In this document: one piece after another, positions 17,858-19,132 of the stretch
How positions within the stretch are numbered: the stretch's first letter is position 1
How the letters are laid out: each line of letters opens with the position of its first letter
NCBI RefSeq assembly: GCF_006345805.1
Contig: NW_021824385.1
Coordinates: 1 to 19,132, forward strand
From: Octopus sinensis
Lineage: Eukaryota
Length of the DNA: 19,132 nucleotides
Reading direction: 5' to 3'
Position numbers and translations under genes: made by a program
The notes under the pieces: generated by a model
Told to the model about the DNA's origin: nothing
Databases searched by the model: none
What the model saw: only the letters and a program-made list of their open reading frames with translations

Positions 17858-18169
17858 GGAGGCGCAATGGCCCATTGGTTAGGGCACCGGACTCGTGGTC
17901 GTAGGATCGCGGTTTCGTTTCCCAGATCGGGTGATGTGAGTGTTTATTGAGCGAAAACATCTAAAAACTCCACGAAGCTCCGGCAGGGGGTGGTGGCGGT
18001 CTCTGCTGTACTCTTTCGCCACAACTTTCTCTCACTCTTTCTTCTGATGGCCTGCTCGTCTAGCCAGCGGGGTGGGGTCGTTTGAAGGCTAAAAGAATGC
18101 GAAGCGCATTGTGACCAGCGATGTGTAGCAACATCTGATAGCCTGGTCGGTCACGGTGATCACAGTGAT
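17858..18169 (+). mobile_element. tRNA-derived SINE, group 3, full length
   Basis: GGAGGCGCAATGGCCCATTGGTTAGG (A-box), GGTTTCGTTTCCC (degenerate B-box), tail CTAGCCAGCGGGGTGG..CTGATAGCCTGGTCGGTCACGGTGATCACAGTGAT. Confidence 0.88.
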
Positions 18170-18489
18170 GTATGTATGTATGTATGTATGCATGCATGTA
18201 TGTATATATGTATGTATATATGTATGTATGAATGTATGTATGTATGCGTGTATGTATGTGTCCGTCAGTCTTTAAGACAATGCGGCGGGAATGCAGGAGG
18301 TGAAGTTGCTATATCTAGCATATTTCTCTACCACGTAATGATTTCTTCCTTGTCTTGTATGGATGACATACACGCAGTCCCACGTGCAGGGAGAAAGGCT
18401 GAAGGAAGAGACTGCATTGCCTGCTTTTTTGCTGACGAAATGTGTGTGTGTTGGGACAACTACATGCGTGTGTGCGTTTGGTAATGCAC

Positions 18490-18795
18490 GCTCACACACA
18501 CACACGTACACACACACACACACACATACACATACATACACACACATGCACACACACATACACACACAAACACACACACACATACACACACATATATACA
18601 CACACACACAAACACACACACATACACACACATATACACACACATACACACACGCATACACACATATATACACACATACACACACAAACACACACACATA
18701 CACACACATACACACACACATATACACACACATACACACACATACACACATACACACTCTCACATACACACATACACGCATACACACACACACAA
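18490..18795. repeat. (CA)n/(TACA)n compound microsatellite
   Basis: Direct reading. It accounts for the HT/VC ORFs in the track. Confidence 0.95.
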
Positions 18796-19132
18796 AGAGG
18801 GAAACATTGACCAACGCATACACAAACACATTGACACCGGAAGTTTCGATAACACTCTTGTCTCCTCCCACTTCCATTTGTCCTCTCCTCCTCCCCCGCC
18901 TCCTCAAGCACCATTGTTTATTTTAAGGCTGGGTTTGCCCAACACACACACAAACACACAACCACACACACGCACGCACACACACAGACACACAGACACA
19001 AATACATTCAACATTTAGCAGAAAGGAGTTAAATAGTGACTTCGAAATTTCGGTTTCCACGCCTTTGTCCGGCTGTTTCTTTCTTCCCTTCTTCCTTCCT
19101 TCCTACCTTTCTTTCTTTCTTTCTTTCTTTCT

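Overview
AT-rich eukaryotic non-genic DNA made almost entirely of microsatellites, low-complexity triplet tracts and decayed transposable elements. The SINE families look like ones I recall from octopus genomes; this is recognition from memory, not a database result. No intact host protein-coding gene is supported, and most ORF-track entries are translations of simple repeats. Recognisable content: (i) a dead mariner transposon (4445-5564, minus strand) with one TIR and a deletion of its third catalytic Asp; (ii) about 16 copies or fragments of three tRNA-derived SINE groups; (iii) an 80-codon RTE-type LINE C-terminal fragment not shown in the ORF track; (iv) probable Helitron and hAT end fragments; (v) several tandem repeats. 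The most notable signal is a cluster of minimal type I hammerhead-ribozyme motifs at 13.7-16.0 kb. It comprises an inverted pair inside a 371-bp foldback element (14082-14452), one motif directly after the stop codon of the RTE-like fragment, and two core-variant motifs in Penelope-like tails. All ribozyme calls are manual folds and untested.
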